A DNA stretch of 64,000 nt. Origin: an uncultured delta proteobacterium. Its GTDB lineage: Bacteria > Myxococcota > Kuafuiibacteriia > Kuafuiibacteriales > Kuafuiibacteriaceae. The position numbers and the translations under genes are program-made. This document shows positions 30,029 through 39,633 of this stretch, piece after piece; position 1 is the stretch's first letter, and every line of letters starts with the position of its first letter. The stretch lies in NCBI GenBank assembly GCA_963803435.1, contig CAWDML010000008.1, positions 544,001 to 608,000 on the forward strand, read 5' to 3'. Under the pieces are notes generated by a model. It saw only the letters and a program-made list of their open reading frames with translations. It did not search any database and was not told the DNA's origin.

Positions 30029-30877
<849 letters not shown>

Positions 30878-30888
30878 TCGGAGGAGCC

Positions 30889-31296
30889 ATGGCGCATCGA
30901 TTGGTGGAGATCGCAGGGGGCTGTCTGGTGGAGACACGGGACGGGCTCGCGCTCGCGCCGCGCGCCCGGCCGCGGCTGGCGCGTGCGGTGGACGAGTGGG
31001 CTCGTCTCCCCGATGATGCCGAGGCCAGGGGGGCGATCAGCGAGCTGATGCACTTCGCGGTGCACCTCAGCGAGCGCTTCGGCGCGGTGCAGGCGGCCCA
31101 GGCGGTCCTCGACATCGCGTGTCGCGCGGTCCCGATCCTGACGGAGCGTGTTCACGAGGAAGAGTCGCGCCGCGCCGCCGAGGGCAAGGACTATCGGTTG
31201 CAACGTCGTGCGCCGATGATCGATCAACCCGGCGTGAACGGGACGCTCCCTGCCTTCGCGCTGCTCCAGCATCGCTCGCGGCGTCGCCGCGCGTAG
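30889..31296 (+). CDS. Hypothetical helical protein, paralogue B of the dispersed family
   Basis: GGAGGAG RBS, 11 bp after the toxin-like gene; MAHRLVEIA...FAVHLSERFGAVQAAQAVLDIA...RRAPMIDQPGVNGTLPAFALLQHRSRRRRA. Confidence 0.78.
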   Translation: MAHRLVEIAGGCLVETRDGLALAPRARPRLARAVDEWARLPDDAEARGAISELMHFAVHLSERFGAVQAAQAVLDIACRAVPILTERVHEEESRRAAEGKDYRLQRRAPMIDQPGVNGTLPAFALLQHRSRRRRA

Positions 31297-31301
31297 CGCG
31301 A

Positions 31302-32039
31302 TCAGAAGCGGTACTCGACCCGGGCCAACGCGAACGGTCCCACGAGGGCGTTGCCCTCGGTGAGGCGCGCACCGGCGCCGAGCAATCCCGTGATCACGAA
31401 GTTGTCGACTCCGGCCTGCGCCATCACCGCTCCGAAGTGGTCCTGCTCCTCGCCGAGCGCTCCGCCCTCGATCTCGAAGCGGCTCTGACCTTCGACCCCC
31501 AAGAGGAGCGAATCGAAGAGCAGATAGCCGGCGGCGATCCGCGCCTCCACGTCGCCGCCTTCGAGGCCGGTCTCGGCGCCACCCACCACGTTGAGCGTGA
31601 GCTCCAGCGGACCGACGCGGCCGGTGCCGTCGAGGATCAGCTCGACCTCGCCCTCGGCTTCCGTGAATCCTTCGGGGAGGTACTGAAGGACGGTGCCGAG
31701 CTGGAACGTCTTGGCCTCGTTGCCGAAGATCTGAAACCCGACACCGACGCCGGGACGGAGGACGCCCTCACTGGTGCGGTCGACCTGGACCTCGGCCTGG
31801 AAGCCGGCGCCGAGGCCGAGGCGTCCGATCAGCCGGCCGTCGGGATCGACGTGCTGAGCGCCGGGTCGCGGCGTGCTCACGCGAAGGGAGACGTCGCCCT
31901 CGAGCTGGTGGAGCGACTCGGCGCGGTGAGCCACGCCGAGCTCGGAGACGCGGGCCCAACGAGGAAGATCGCCCGGAACCTCGGTCTCGACGGCCGGTGG
32001 CGAGGCGATGGCGAGGCACAGCCAACCCCAGATCATCAC
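31302..32039 (-). CDS. Putative outer-membrane beta-barrel protein
   Basis: Signal peptide, alternating beta strands and a C-terminal ARVEYRF (BAM-type terminal Phe). Confidence 0.7.
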   Translation of the reverse strand: MMIWGWLCLAIASPPAVETEVPGDLPRWARVSELGVAHRAESLHQLEGDVSLRVSTPRPGAQHVDPDGRLIGRLGLGAGFQAEVQVDRTSEGVLRPGVGVGFQIFGNEAKTFQLGTVLQYLPEGFTEAEGEVELILDGTGRVGPLELTLNVVGGAETGLEGGDVEARIAAGYLLFDSLLLGVEGQSRFEIEGGALGEEQDHFGAVMAQAGVDNFVITGLLGAGARLTEGNALVGPFALARVEYRF

Positions 32040-32121
32040 CGGACGGTCGAAGCATCGTCACTTCGCGTCAACTGTTGCGTGAATCTTCATGGGGCGGCAG
32101 GCGGACAACGGATGGTCGTCG

Positions 32122-33120
32122 ATGTGCGATAACCGATCGGTCGTGGCTGCTTCCATCGCCCAGTCCCGCGCGGCGCGCGATACCGTCGTTGCGTCCCTGC
32201 ACATCTGGGCGTTGAACGAGCACGGCCTGAAGAAGGTTGCCGGCATCATCGACCAGACGAAGCCGCACGAGGGCAACGGTCGGCTCAGCTTTCCCGAGGT
32301 CACGTGGGCGCGGGCGGAGGTGGACAAGCTGGCCCGCGGCGAGCCGAACGCGTTCTCAGAGAAGGTGAGCGCCGAAGAGGTCGACGCGTTCGTCCGGGAC
32401 TTCGGACGGCTGGAGGCCTTCTTCCAGGCGCCCATGAAGAACCTCGCCGAGATCCGGCGTCCGCCGCTGCTCCTGGGCAAGACGACCTACACGGACGTGT
32501 TCGAGATCGACAACGGCATGAACCTCGACCGCGACCTCAGCACCATGCTCGAGGCGGGCTACGACGTCATCGGCGTCCGCGACGCCAAGCGGAAGAAGAA
32601 CTACGTCGCGCTCAACCACCACGGCACGCTCAAGAACGTCAGCCGCGGTACCGAGGGCGTGCTGAAGACGCCGTACTTCGATCCGGTCAAGGTCATCTTC
32701 GCGGAGGACATCAACAACGGGTTCTGGGAGGGCATCTGTCTCATCCCGCGGAGCGTCTTCCAGCTGATCTCCAACATCTTCTCCAACGGAAAGAACCGGG
32801 TCATCCACGACGGCGAGCAGGGCGGAGACGCCGCCATCCGCGACGTCGCAGCAGCGGTGGCGCCGGCTACCGCGGTGATCCCGTCGCAGAGCGGCAACAG
32901 TGTCCCCGGGTTGGTGCTGGCGGCGGCCATCGGCCTGGGCGCCGTCAACCTGAGCACGCTGGCGGCGACGGCGCCCGAAGCGGGCAAGGTTCTCCTCGTG
33001 GTGGCGACGCTGGGCACGATCTACAACGCGATCTTCGGTCGCTACTTCAGGACCCAGGATCCGTACTTCGTCCTCAACTTCGCCGGCGTGCAGCTCGCGA
33101 AGAAGGATCAGGTCGAGTAG
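32122..33120 (+). CDS. Hypothetical protein with C-terminal hydrophobic helices
   Basis: Strong codon bias and no signal peptide; two Ala/Gly-rich TM-like segments near the C-terminus. Start may be 32089. Confidence 0.72.
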   Translation: MCDNRSVVAASIAQSRAARDTVVASLHIWALNEHGLKKVAGIIDQTKPHEGNGRLSFPEVTWARAEVDKLARGEPNAFSEKVSAEEVDAFVRDFGRLEAFFQAPMKNLAEIRRPPLLLGKTTYTDVFEIDNGMNLDRDLSTMLEAGYDVIGVRDAKRKKNYVALNHHGTLKNVSRGTEGVLKTPYFDPVKVIFAEDINNGFWEGICLIPRSVFQLISNIFSNGKNRVIHDGEQGGDAAIRDVAAAVAPATAVIPSQSGNSVPGLVLAAAIGLGAVNLSTLAATAPEAGKVLLVVATLGTIYNAIFGRYFRTQDPYFVLNFAGVQLAKKDQVE

Positions 33121-33123
33121 CCC

Positions 33124-33564
33124 TCAACCGCGCACCCGCAGGCTCTTCACGATCCCCAGCACTTCGGCGCGGATCGCCTCGAACGCGAGCCCGGCCGGCC
33201 CGATCCCCACCATCGTGTAGGCGGTGTCGCCATGGATGAAGAAGACGTGGATCTGCTGGGCGAGGCCGTGCTGGGGCGTGGCGAAACGGACGTCCCGTGC
33301 CAGCGCCGGCTCGTCCCCGATCTGGATCAGCTCCTCGCGGATGACGTCGATCTTCGGGAGCGAGCCGCGGAGCGCGGCCAGGTGTGCGGCGGCGAGCTCC
33401 TCGATCGTGAACGTTCCGTCGAACGGGGCGCGCGTGAGAACGAAGTTGCGGCCGAGCGTAGATGACGCTCTCTCCGTATCCTTTCGAACCAGCGTCAGAA
33501 CGCTGTGATCGGTCCACTCCGGCGGCACGTCGAGCTCGAGGACTCCGAAGCGCTGGATCGCCAT
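33124..33564 (-). CDS. DcrB/DUF1795 (PsbP/Mog1-fold)-like protein
   Basis: LDVPPEWTDHSV...NFVLTRAP...QQIHVFF...SLRV, the typical DUF1795 pattern. Confidence 0.75.
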   Translation of the reverse strand: MAIQRFGVLELDVPPEWTDHSVLTLVRKDTERASSTLGRNFVLTRAPFDGTFTIEELAAAHLAALRGSLPKIDVIREELIQIGDEPALARDVRFATPQHGLAQQIHVFFIHGDTAYTMVGIGPAGLAFEAIRAEVLGIVKSLRVRG

Positions 33565-33657
33565 GGCGTTCACCCAGCCATGACCCGCGGCTTTGAGCAA
33601 GGCGATCGCGAGGTCTTTCTCCCGAGACCGATGCCTCGTATGATGGGCGCTTCCCCG

Positions 33658-34791
33658 ATGAGCAGCACGCAGAAGAGGGTCATGTTGGTTGCACCATCCT
33701 CGGATGATCGGCGTGACCTGGCGGCCGCTCTCCTCGACTTCGGGATGGACGTGGTCCTGGCGGACGACGCCGGGCGCGCGCTGCGCCAGCTGGGTGACGG
33801 CGTCGACGTCCTGATCCTCCACCAAGCGGAGCGCAAGCTCGCCTGCGAATCGCTGGCACGCCTGGCGGCCAGCAAACGCGCCGATCTCAGGCTGTTCGCG
33901 CTGGGGCGGGAGCCGTCGTGGCGGATCAACATCGCCGCCAGCACGCTGTCGACCTCCGGCAGCCAGGCGGCACAGGAGCTGGCTCGGCATCTCGGGATCG
34001 CCCAGGCGCCCGAGGGTCCTACGCTCTCGGCGGAGGCGCTCCTGTGGACGAGCCCTCGATCGTCGGTCCAGGTGATGCTGGCACGCCGTCAGGGAGACGG
34101 TCACGTCGCGTATCTGAGGACGCAGTGCGAGTGGGCGGATGACTGGCGCGACGCCTTCATCGCGGCGCTCAAGCGCGCCAAGGGCAGCGGGGTGCTGGCG
34201 CTGGAGCTGGCCTGGATCGACGACGTCGGCGTCAACGCGCTGGCGACGCTCCGCCCTGGTCGGTCCCTGCTCCAACAGACGGCGAGTCAGACCCTGTCGC
34301 TCGACGAGGCCGCCCCGATCGTGCGGGCACTGCTGGCGACGATGGACAAGATGCACCACGCCCGCGAGCCGTTCCTGTTCGGACCCGTGTCGGCCGGTCA
34401 GGTCTGGCTGGAGTCCGAGGGCCCGCGGTTCCTCTTCGCGGGCGCGACGCGCATCGCGTACAACTACGATCGTTCCCTGCGCGGCCGCTCCTATCCTCTG
34501 CTCAGCATCCCTGCCAGCGCCGAGGAGCTCCTCGGCAACGGCGGCAACCCGAGCTCGGACGTCTTCTATGCCGCGGTCCTGCTCTACGAGCTCCTGACCG
34601 GCTGCGAGCCGTTCCCGAAGCAGGCGGTGGCCGCGTATCTGGACGCGATCCGCTCGGGCAAGTTCCGCGACATCCACGTGTACGTGCCGGCCCTCGATCC
34701 CGACGTCGCCCGCGTCATTCACGCGGCGCTGTCGCCAGTGTCGGAGTCACGCCCCGACGTCGCCGATTTCGCCCGCGCCCTCGGTGGCTGA
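33658..34791 (+). CDS. Degenerate receiver-like domain fused to a pseudokinase
   Basis: RVMLVAPSSDDRRDLAAALLDFGMDV...VDVLILH (receiver-like, acidic residues missing); kinase C-lobe SDVFYAAVLLYELLTGCEPF but no HRD, DFG or APE. Confidence 0.7.
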   Translation: MSSTQKRVMLVAPSSDDRRDLAAALLDFGMDVVLADDAGRALRQLGDGVDVLILHQAERKLACESLARLAASKRADLRLFALGREPSWRINIAASTLSTSGSQAAQELARHLGIAQAPEGPTLSAEALLWTSPRSSVQVMLARRQGDGHVAYLRTQCEWADDWRDAFIAALKRAKGSGVLALELAWIDDVGVNALATLRPGRSLLQQTASQTLSLDEAAPIVRALLATMDKMHHAREPFLFGPVSAGQVWLESEGPRFLFAGATRIAYNYDRSLRGRSYPLLSIPASAEELLGNGGNPSSDVFYAAVLLYELLTGCEPFPKQAVAAYLDAIRSGKFRDIHVYVPALDPDVARVIHAALSPVSESRPDVADFARALGG

Positions 34792-34854
34792 ACCTGGCGC
34801 AACGCGTCAGGCGCGTGGTGTCCGCTTCGTCACGCCGTCCTCGGTACTCTTGGT

Positions 34855-35130
34855 ATGAGACCGAACGACACAGTCTTGGTCGGGGGTGATTGGGTCCTCG
34901 TCGAGAGCGATCGGCGAGCCCGTGTCACGCTGGTGCCATCGAAGGACGTCTGGTTGACGTACTACCCGTCTGGCCGCCAGCCGCCTCGAAGGACGCTGTC
35001 CATCAAGCTGCCGGCGCGCTCGCGGTCGAGCTTCGCCACCCGCTCCGCCGAGGAAGGGATCTGGCTGAGGACCGACGATGCGGCCTCGATCGCCGTCGCG
35101 GTCGATCGCGACGAGCTCCGCCTGAGCTGA
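34855..35130 (+). CDS. Small hypothetical protein
   Basis: 91-aa ORF filling the intergenic gap. Confidence 0.45.
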   Translation: MRPNDTVLVGGDWVLVESDRRARVTLVPSKDVWLTYYPSGRQPPRRTLSIKLPARSRSSFATRSAEEGIWLRTDDAASIAVAVDRDELRLS

Positions 35131-35133
35131 GCC

Positions 35134-35808
35134 TCAATCCCCCACCATCGCCGCCGGGAGCCGCGGCTTGATCTCGAGCCCCCCACCCGGCCGCAGCGTC
35201 AGCTGATATACCTGCCGCTTCACCACTTCGACGTGCGGCGCTTCGCCTTGAGCGACGCGAACCCCGTTCTCCCGAGCGAGGCCGGGATCGTTGGCGTAGC
35301 GCCAGAAGCGCGACCAGATCTCCCGCTCGAAGTCGGAGGGGAGCGCGTCGACCGCGGCCACCGCCGGGATCAAACCGGACGGATCCGAGGCGAACAGGGG
35401 GACGCCGTCAACCGGACGCTGGGCGTCGCCGAAGGCGCGGCGGAACATGAACAGGCTCCTCCCGCGAAGGCCGTCGCCGGCGTCGACGAAGCGGCGCTCG
35501 AACTTGACCACCAGGGCGTCGATGTAGACCTCGCGGCCGGGGAGGGTCATCGTCTTCTTGAAGACCGGTTCCTCCGTCCCGGGCGCATACTGTACGAAGG
35601 TGACGGTGGAGGAGCCTTCGCCGACGTCGTCCACACGCAGATCCGCCACCAGGTTCTCCGACCAGAGCCGATCGAGCTTCTGCTCCAGGGAGGCGATGAT
35701 GCGCTGCTGCTCGGCGATCACGCGCTCGCGCTCGAACCACTGCCATCCGAACCAGGCGCCGGTGCCGGCGATTGCGAGGAGGGCGAGGGAGAAGACGAAC
35801 CGCTGCAT
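35134..35808 (-). CDS. Membrane-anchored hypothetical protein
   Basis: MQRFVFSLALLAIAGTGAWFGW anchor followed by a coiled coil; TGATG coupling to the upstream gene. Confidence 0.78.
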   Translation of the reverse strand: MQRFVFSLALLAIAGTGAWFGWQWFERERVIAEQQRIIASLEQKLDRLWSENLVADLRVDDVGEGSSTVTFVQYAPGTEEPVFKKTMTLPGREVYIDALVVKFERRFVDAGDGLRGRSLFMFRRAFGDAQRPVDGVPLFASDPSGLIPAVAAVDALPSDFEREIWSRFWRYANDPGLARENGVRVAQGEAPHVEVVKRQVYQLTLRPGGGLEIKPRLPAAMVGD

Positions 35809-36470
35809 CAGCGCTCGTGCTCTAGATACGCGACCAGCTTCTCCGGGGCAACGACCACCTGGAAGCCGCGGGCGCCGCTCGAGGCGAGGAGCGTGCGCCA
35901 CCCGTCGAGCCGCTCGCGATAGGTCCGCGGATCTGCGTTGTCGAGCCGGAGCTTCTTGACGTTCATCGCCAAGATCTCGATGCCGTCCAGCTGGCCGTTG
36001 CCGAGCTCGCGCGCGATGCCCGGGGGTAGCTCCTCCTTCATGTCGCTGAACACGATGATCACCTTGTGGGCCGCGCCCGTGTCGGCGAGGTGCTCGCCGC
36101 ACAACATCATGGCGCCGCGGATGTCCGTGTAGCGAGATCGGTCGGTCCTCGCCGCGAACGCCTCGAGCTCGCTCAGGAACGCCAGCTTCTGGGCGTGAGC
36201 GCGCGAGGGCTTCTGATCCAGGTTGAGCGTGGCCACGATGTTGGAGCGCTCGTAGCTCTCGCTGTCGATCCGTCCCAGGATCAGGTGGTCGCCGGGCAGC
36301 ATCTCGGGGAGGAGGGCCGTCCGGACGATGCGCACCACATCGGCGCGCTGATCCGCGTAGGTCCCGGACTCGTCCACCAGCGCGCAGGTGGCCTGGGCGT
36401 ACTCCCGCCCGTCGGTACAGGCGGCGGCGGCGGCCGCACACGCGATCGAGAGCAGCGCTGCGCGCCTCAT
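35808..36470 (-). CDS. VWA-like lipoprotein
   Basis: Lipobox AAA-C; LVDESGT (MIDAS-like DxSxT), YTDIRGA, IIVFSDM. Confidence 0.8.
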   Translation of the reverse strand: MRRAALLSIACAAAAAACTDGREYAQATCALVDESGTYADQRADVVRIVRTALLPEMLPGDHLILGRIDSESYERSNIVATLNLDQKPSRAHAQKLAFLSELEAFAARTDRSRYTDIRGAMMLCGEHLADTGAAHKVIIVFSDMKEELPPGIARELGNGQLDGIEILAMNVKKLRLDNADPRTYRERLDGWRTLLASSGARGFQVVVAPEKLVAYLEHER

Positions 36471-37885
36471 GTCCGCACCTTCTCGCGAACCGAGTGCGCC
36501 GGCTGCGGTGATCGCGCCGGCTGGCCTGAGCCCTTGAAGAGCCGCATCAGCTGCTCCGGGAGCACCACGTAGACGTCGAGGAGCGCCAGCACCGCCCGCG
36601 TCGAGTAGCGGATCACGTGGGCGATGCCGCGGAGGACCAGGCCGATCGCCCGGAGGCCCAGCGCCAGCAGTCCGGTGAGGAGCGGTCGCACGGTCTGGAT
36701 GAGCATCTCCAGGGGCATCGCGATCAGGCCCAGGATCCAGGGCAGCACGAAGCCGAGGACGGCCTGTCCGATCACCGTCACCTCCGACCAGCCGGCGGCC
36801 GAGGTCGTCTGTCCCGCCATCGCCGCGCGCAGCGCGACCTCGGACTCAGCGATGTGCTCGCGGAGCACGGCCAGCGAGGCCTCGATCGAGGAGAGGACCA
36901 GGAGGCCCGTGAGCGCGACGAAGAAGATCATGCGCCGCTGCCCCGAGCCGAGGCGACCGATCTTCGGGATCAGCTCGGTGATCCCGAGCGCGTCGAACAT
37001 GAAGACACCGGCCGTCATCTCCATCGTGACCAGGACGACCGCCGCGAACGTCGATACCGGCACCGAGGCGATACGCGCGCCCGACGGCACCAGCTCCGAC
37101 ATCGGGAGCGCGATCAGCTGGAAGTTCACGAACACGCCGGAGGCCGCTACCGTCGTGATCAAGAGCGCCACCAGGAAGCGGCCGAACAGATCGAAGCTGA
37201 GGACCCGCGGTCCTTCCTTTCGAGCCAGCGCTTCGAAGCGATCCATGTATCGATCGACCTTCGTCGAGGTCTCGAGCGCACGCTCGACGGCCTTGAGGAG
37301 ATCGGTCCCGGTGGTCTTGAGCTCGCGGACACGGGGCAGCATGCTGCTGAGGATCTGGTGCCGCTTGGACGTGGCCGTCCGATAGATCTTGAGCGAGCGC
37401 TCCTCCGACTTCTGGGCGGCGTTCTTCATCGCCTCCAGGATGGAGCGGCCCTGACCGTCGGCGAGCTTGGGCATCTCGGAGACGGCGCGCATGGCCTCGG
37501 GCCAACCGGGGAGCGACGGCGGTGCGTCGGCCGACTGGGCGACGTCGTTCTCGATCTCACCGATCGCGTCCGACAAGCGCCGGTGCAGCGTCGGGTAGGT
37601 TCGCAGCTCCTTGGCAAAGCCGTGCTCGAGGCGGACCAGCTCGCGCTCCAGCTTCTTCTCCACCTCACCCTGGGAGGCCTCCATCAGCAGGGCCCGATTC
37701 CTGCGCTCCAGGTCGGCGGCGCTCTTTTGGCACCAGCGGGCCGCGATCTTGAAGGGGCCCTTCAGCGCGGCGCCGAAGGCTCGGATGAGCTGCTGCATCG
37801 GGGTGCGTGCGGCGTAGAGAAAGAACTGACCGAGTACGACACCCACGATGATGATGCGCCAGTGATGGGTCCAGAGATCACTCAC
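36467..37885 (-). CDS. Multi-pass membrane protein with coiled coils
   Basis: GTG start at 37885 after AAGG-free context; N-terminal TM, long helical region, four or five TMs (NFQLIALPMSELVP, GFVLPWILGLIAMPLE). Confidence 0.78.
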   Translation of the reverse strand: MSDLWTHHWRIIIVGVVLGQFFLYAARTPMQQLIRAFGAALKGPFKIAARWCQKSAADLERRNRALLMEASQGEVEKKLERELVRLEHGFAKELRTYPTLHRRLSDAIGEIENDVAQSADAPPSLPGWPEAMRAVSEMPKLADGQGRSILEAMKNAAQKSEERSLKIYRTATSKRHQILSSMLPRVRELKTTGTDLLKAVERALETSTKVDRYMDRFEALARKEGPRVLSFDLFGRFLVALLITTVAASGVFVNFQLIALPMSELVPSGARIASVPVSTFAAVVLVTMEMTAGVFMFDALGITELIPKIGRLGSGQRRMIFFVALTGLLVLSSIEASLAVLREHIAESEVALRAAMAGQTTSAAGWSEVTVIGQAVLGFVLPWILGLIAMPLEMLIQTVRPLLTGLLALGLRAIGLVLRGIAHVIRYSTRAVLALLDVYVVLPEQLMRLFKGSGQPARSPQPAHSVREKVRT

Positions 37886-37942
37886 GCAAGGACCACCGGA
37901 TTCCTCGGTCCGATCCGGACACGGGGGTATACTCCGCGGGCC

Positions 37943-39001
37943 GTGGGCGGTTCTTCGGACGAGCTCTCCGATCCGCTCGAGCTGTACGACGACCTGGTCA
38001 TGGCGGGGACACCTCCGGATCCGGAGGCGTTCTGCTCGGACTATCCGGAGCATTCGGATCTCCCGGCGCGCATCCGCGCCCTCGAGGCGCTCCGAGCCGA
38101 GCTCGACGGGATCGGCCGAGACCTGGGACGGACCCCGGTGGAGTGGCCCTCCGAGATCGGAGGCTTTCGGCTGAAGAAGCGCCTCGGCCAGGGCGGGATG
38201 GGCGTCGTCTTCATCGGCGAGAACATCCAGACCAAGCAGACCTGCGCGGTGAAGCTCCTGGCGTCGCGGTCGGCGCTGGCGCTCGAGCGGTTTCGCCGCG
38301 AGGCCCGCGTGATCGAAGGCCTCTCGCATCCCGGAATCCCGATCGCGTACGGCTTCGGCGTCGTCGGTGGTCAGGCGTTCCTCGCCACCGAGCTCCTCTC
38401 GGGGACCAGCCTGGCCGCGCTCCTCGAGGAGTCGCACGGGATGACGCCGGTGCGATCGAAGAAGCCGATGACCGCGCCGCCGCGCAACCTCCTGCCCATG
38501 GATCTCGCCGGCATCGTGCGGATCGCGCACGCGGTCGCCGCCACGCTCGAGCATGCCCACCAGAAGGGCGTGATCCACCGCGACGTGAAGCCGGCCAACA
38601 TCATGCTGACGGAGAACGGCAGCACGAAGTTGATCGACTTCGGTCTCGCGTTCGCGGCGGCGCCCGGGGAGCGGCTCACCAAGACAGGCACCTTCCTGGG
38701 CTCGCCGGCGTACGCCGCGCCCGAGCAGCTTCGCGGCGCGCAGAGCGAGATCGGGCCCTGGACCGACACCTACTCGCTGGGGGCCACGCTCTTCGAGCTG
38801 CTCACGCACCACCGGCCGTTCGGCGACAGCAAGCGGGCGTCCGAGCGGGAGAAGCTCCCCTGCACCGCGCGCGACTATAACTCGCAGGTACCGCGGTCGC
38901 TCGAGCGGATCGTCAAGAAGGCGCTGGCAGCCGCGCCCAAGAGGCGCTACCGCGACGGCGGCGAGCTGGCCCGGGCGCTCGGCAAGTGGTTGGGCGTGTG
39001 A
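37943..39001 (+). CDS. Cytoplasmic Ser/Thr protein kinase with an anti-sigma-like N-terminal helical segment
   Basis: LGQGGMG, AVK, HRDVKPAN, DFG, GSPAYAAPE; N-terminal PDPEAFCSDYPE. Confidence 0.88.
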   Translation: MGGSSDELSDPLELYDDLVMAGTPPDPEAFCSDYPEHSDLPARIRALEALRAELDGIGRDLGRTPVEWPSEIGGFRLKKRLGQGGMGVVFIGENIQTKQTCAVKLLASRSALALERFRREARVIEGLSHPGIPIAYGFGVVGGQAFLATELLSGTSLAALLEESHGMTPVRSKKPMTAPPRNLLPMDLAGIVRIAHAVAATLEHAHQKGVIHRDVKPANIMLTENGSTKLIDFGLAFAAAPGERLTKTGTFLGSPAYAAPEQLRGAQSEIGPWTDTYSLGATLFELLTHHRPFGDSKRASEREKLPCTARDYNSQVPRSLERIVKKALAAAPKRRYRDGGELARALGKWLGV

Positions 39002-39004
39002 TCG

Positions 39005-39607
39005 TCAGCCGTCGGCCGCCGGCGCCTTCATCGACAGGAGCTTCGTGCGTGCGCGCGTGATCAGCTTGCGAGCGGCCTCGGGCGTGCAGTCGAGCGTGTC
39101 GCCGATCTCCTTGTGGCTGTAGCCCATGTGGTGAAGGAGCAGCGCGGTCCGGTATTCGGGCTTCAGCTCGCCGATCTGGGAGAGCAGGGCGTCGAAGCGC
39201 TGCTGGTCGTCGTATCTCGACTCCGGCGAGCGGCGCTCCTCGGCGACGCGATCGAGCACGCTGCCCCCGAGCTCCGGTGCGGCGCGCTTCTGGGCGGCGT
39301 GGTGGCGGTGGTGATCGACGACCTCGGCCTGCGCCAGCCTGCGGATCCAGGCGGCGAAGGCGGGCCGTCCCCGGAAGTCGTGCACGTCGAGCGCCGCCAG
39401 GATCTTGATCGCGGCCGCCTGCTGCAGGTCGACGCTCTCCTCGCGCTCGCGGAGCCGCTCGCCCATCCGGCGTTTGGCCGCGCGGACCGCATCGCGGATC
39501 ACCGGCCAGTAGCGCTGGATGAGCTCGTTCTGCGCCTCACGGTCGCCTCTGGCCGCCGACTGGATCAGCTCCTCGAGGGCCTCCGACTCTGTCGATCGAT
39601 CGCCCAC
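39005..39607 (-). CDS. ECF-type RNA polymerase sigma factor
   Basis: AARGDREAQNELIQRY, region 2 (FAAWIRRLA) and region 4 (GYSHKEIGDTLDCTPEAARKLITRAR). Confidence 0.92.
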   Translation of the reverse strand: MGDRSTESEALEELIQSAARGDREAQNELIQRYWPVIRDAVRAAKRRMGERLREREESVDLQQAAAIKILAALDVHDFRGRPAFAAWIRRLAQAEVVDHHRHHAAQKRAAPELGGSVLDRVAEERRSPESRYDDQQRFDALLSQIGELKPEYRTALLLHHMGYSHKEIGDTLDCTPEAARKLITRARTKLLSMKAPAADG

Positions 39608-39633
39608 CCGTCACGGCCGACGGTACCCCAACC

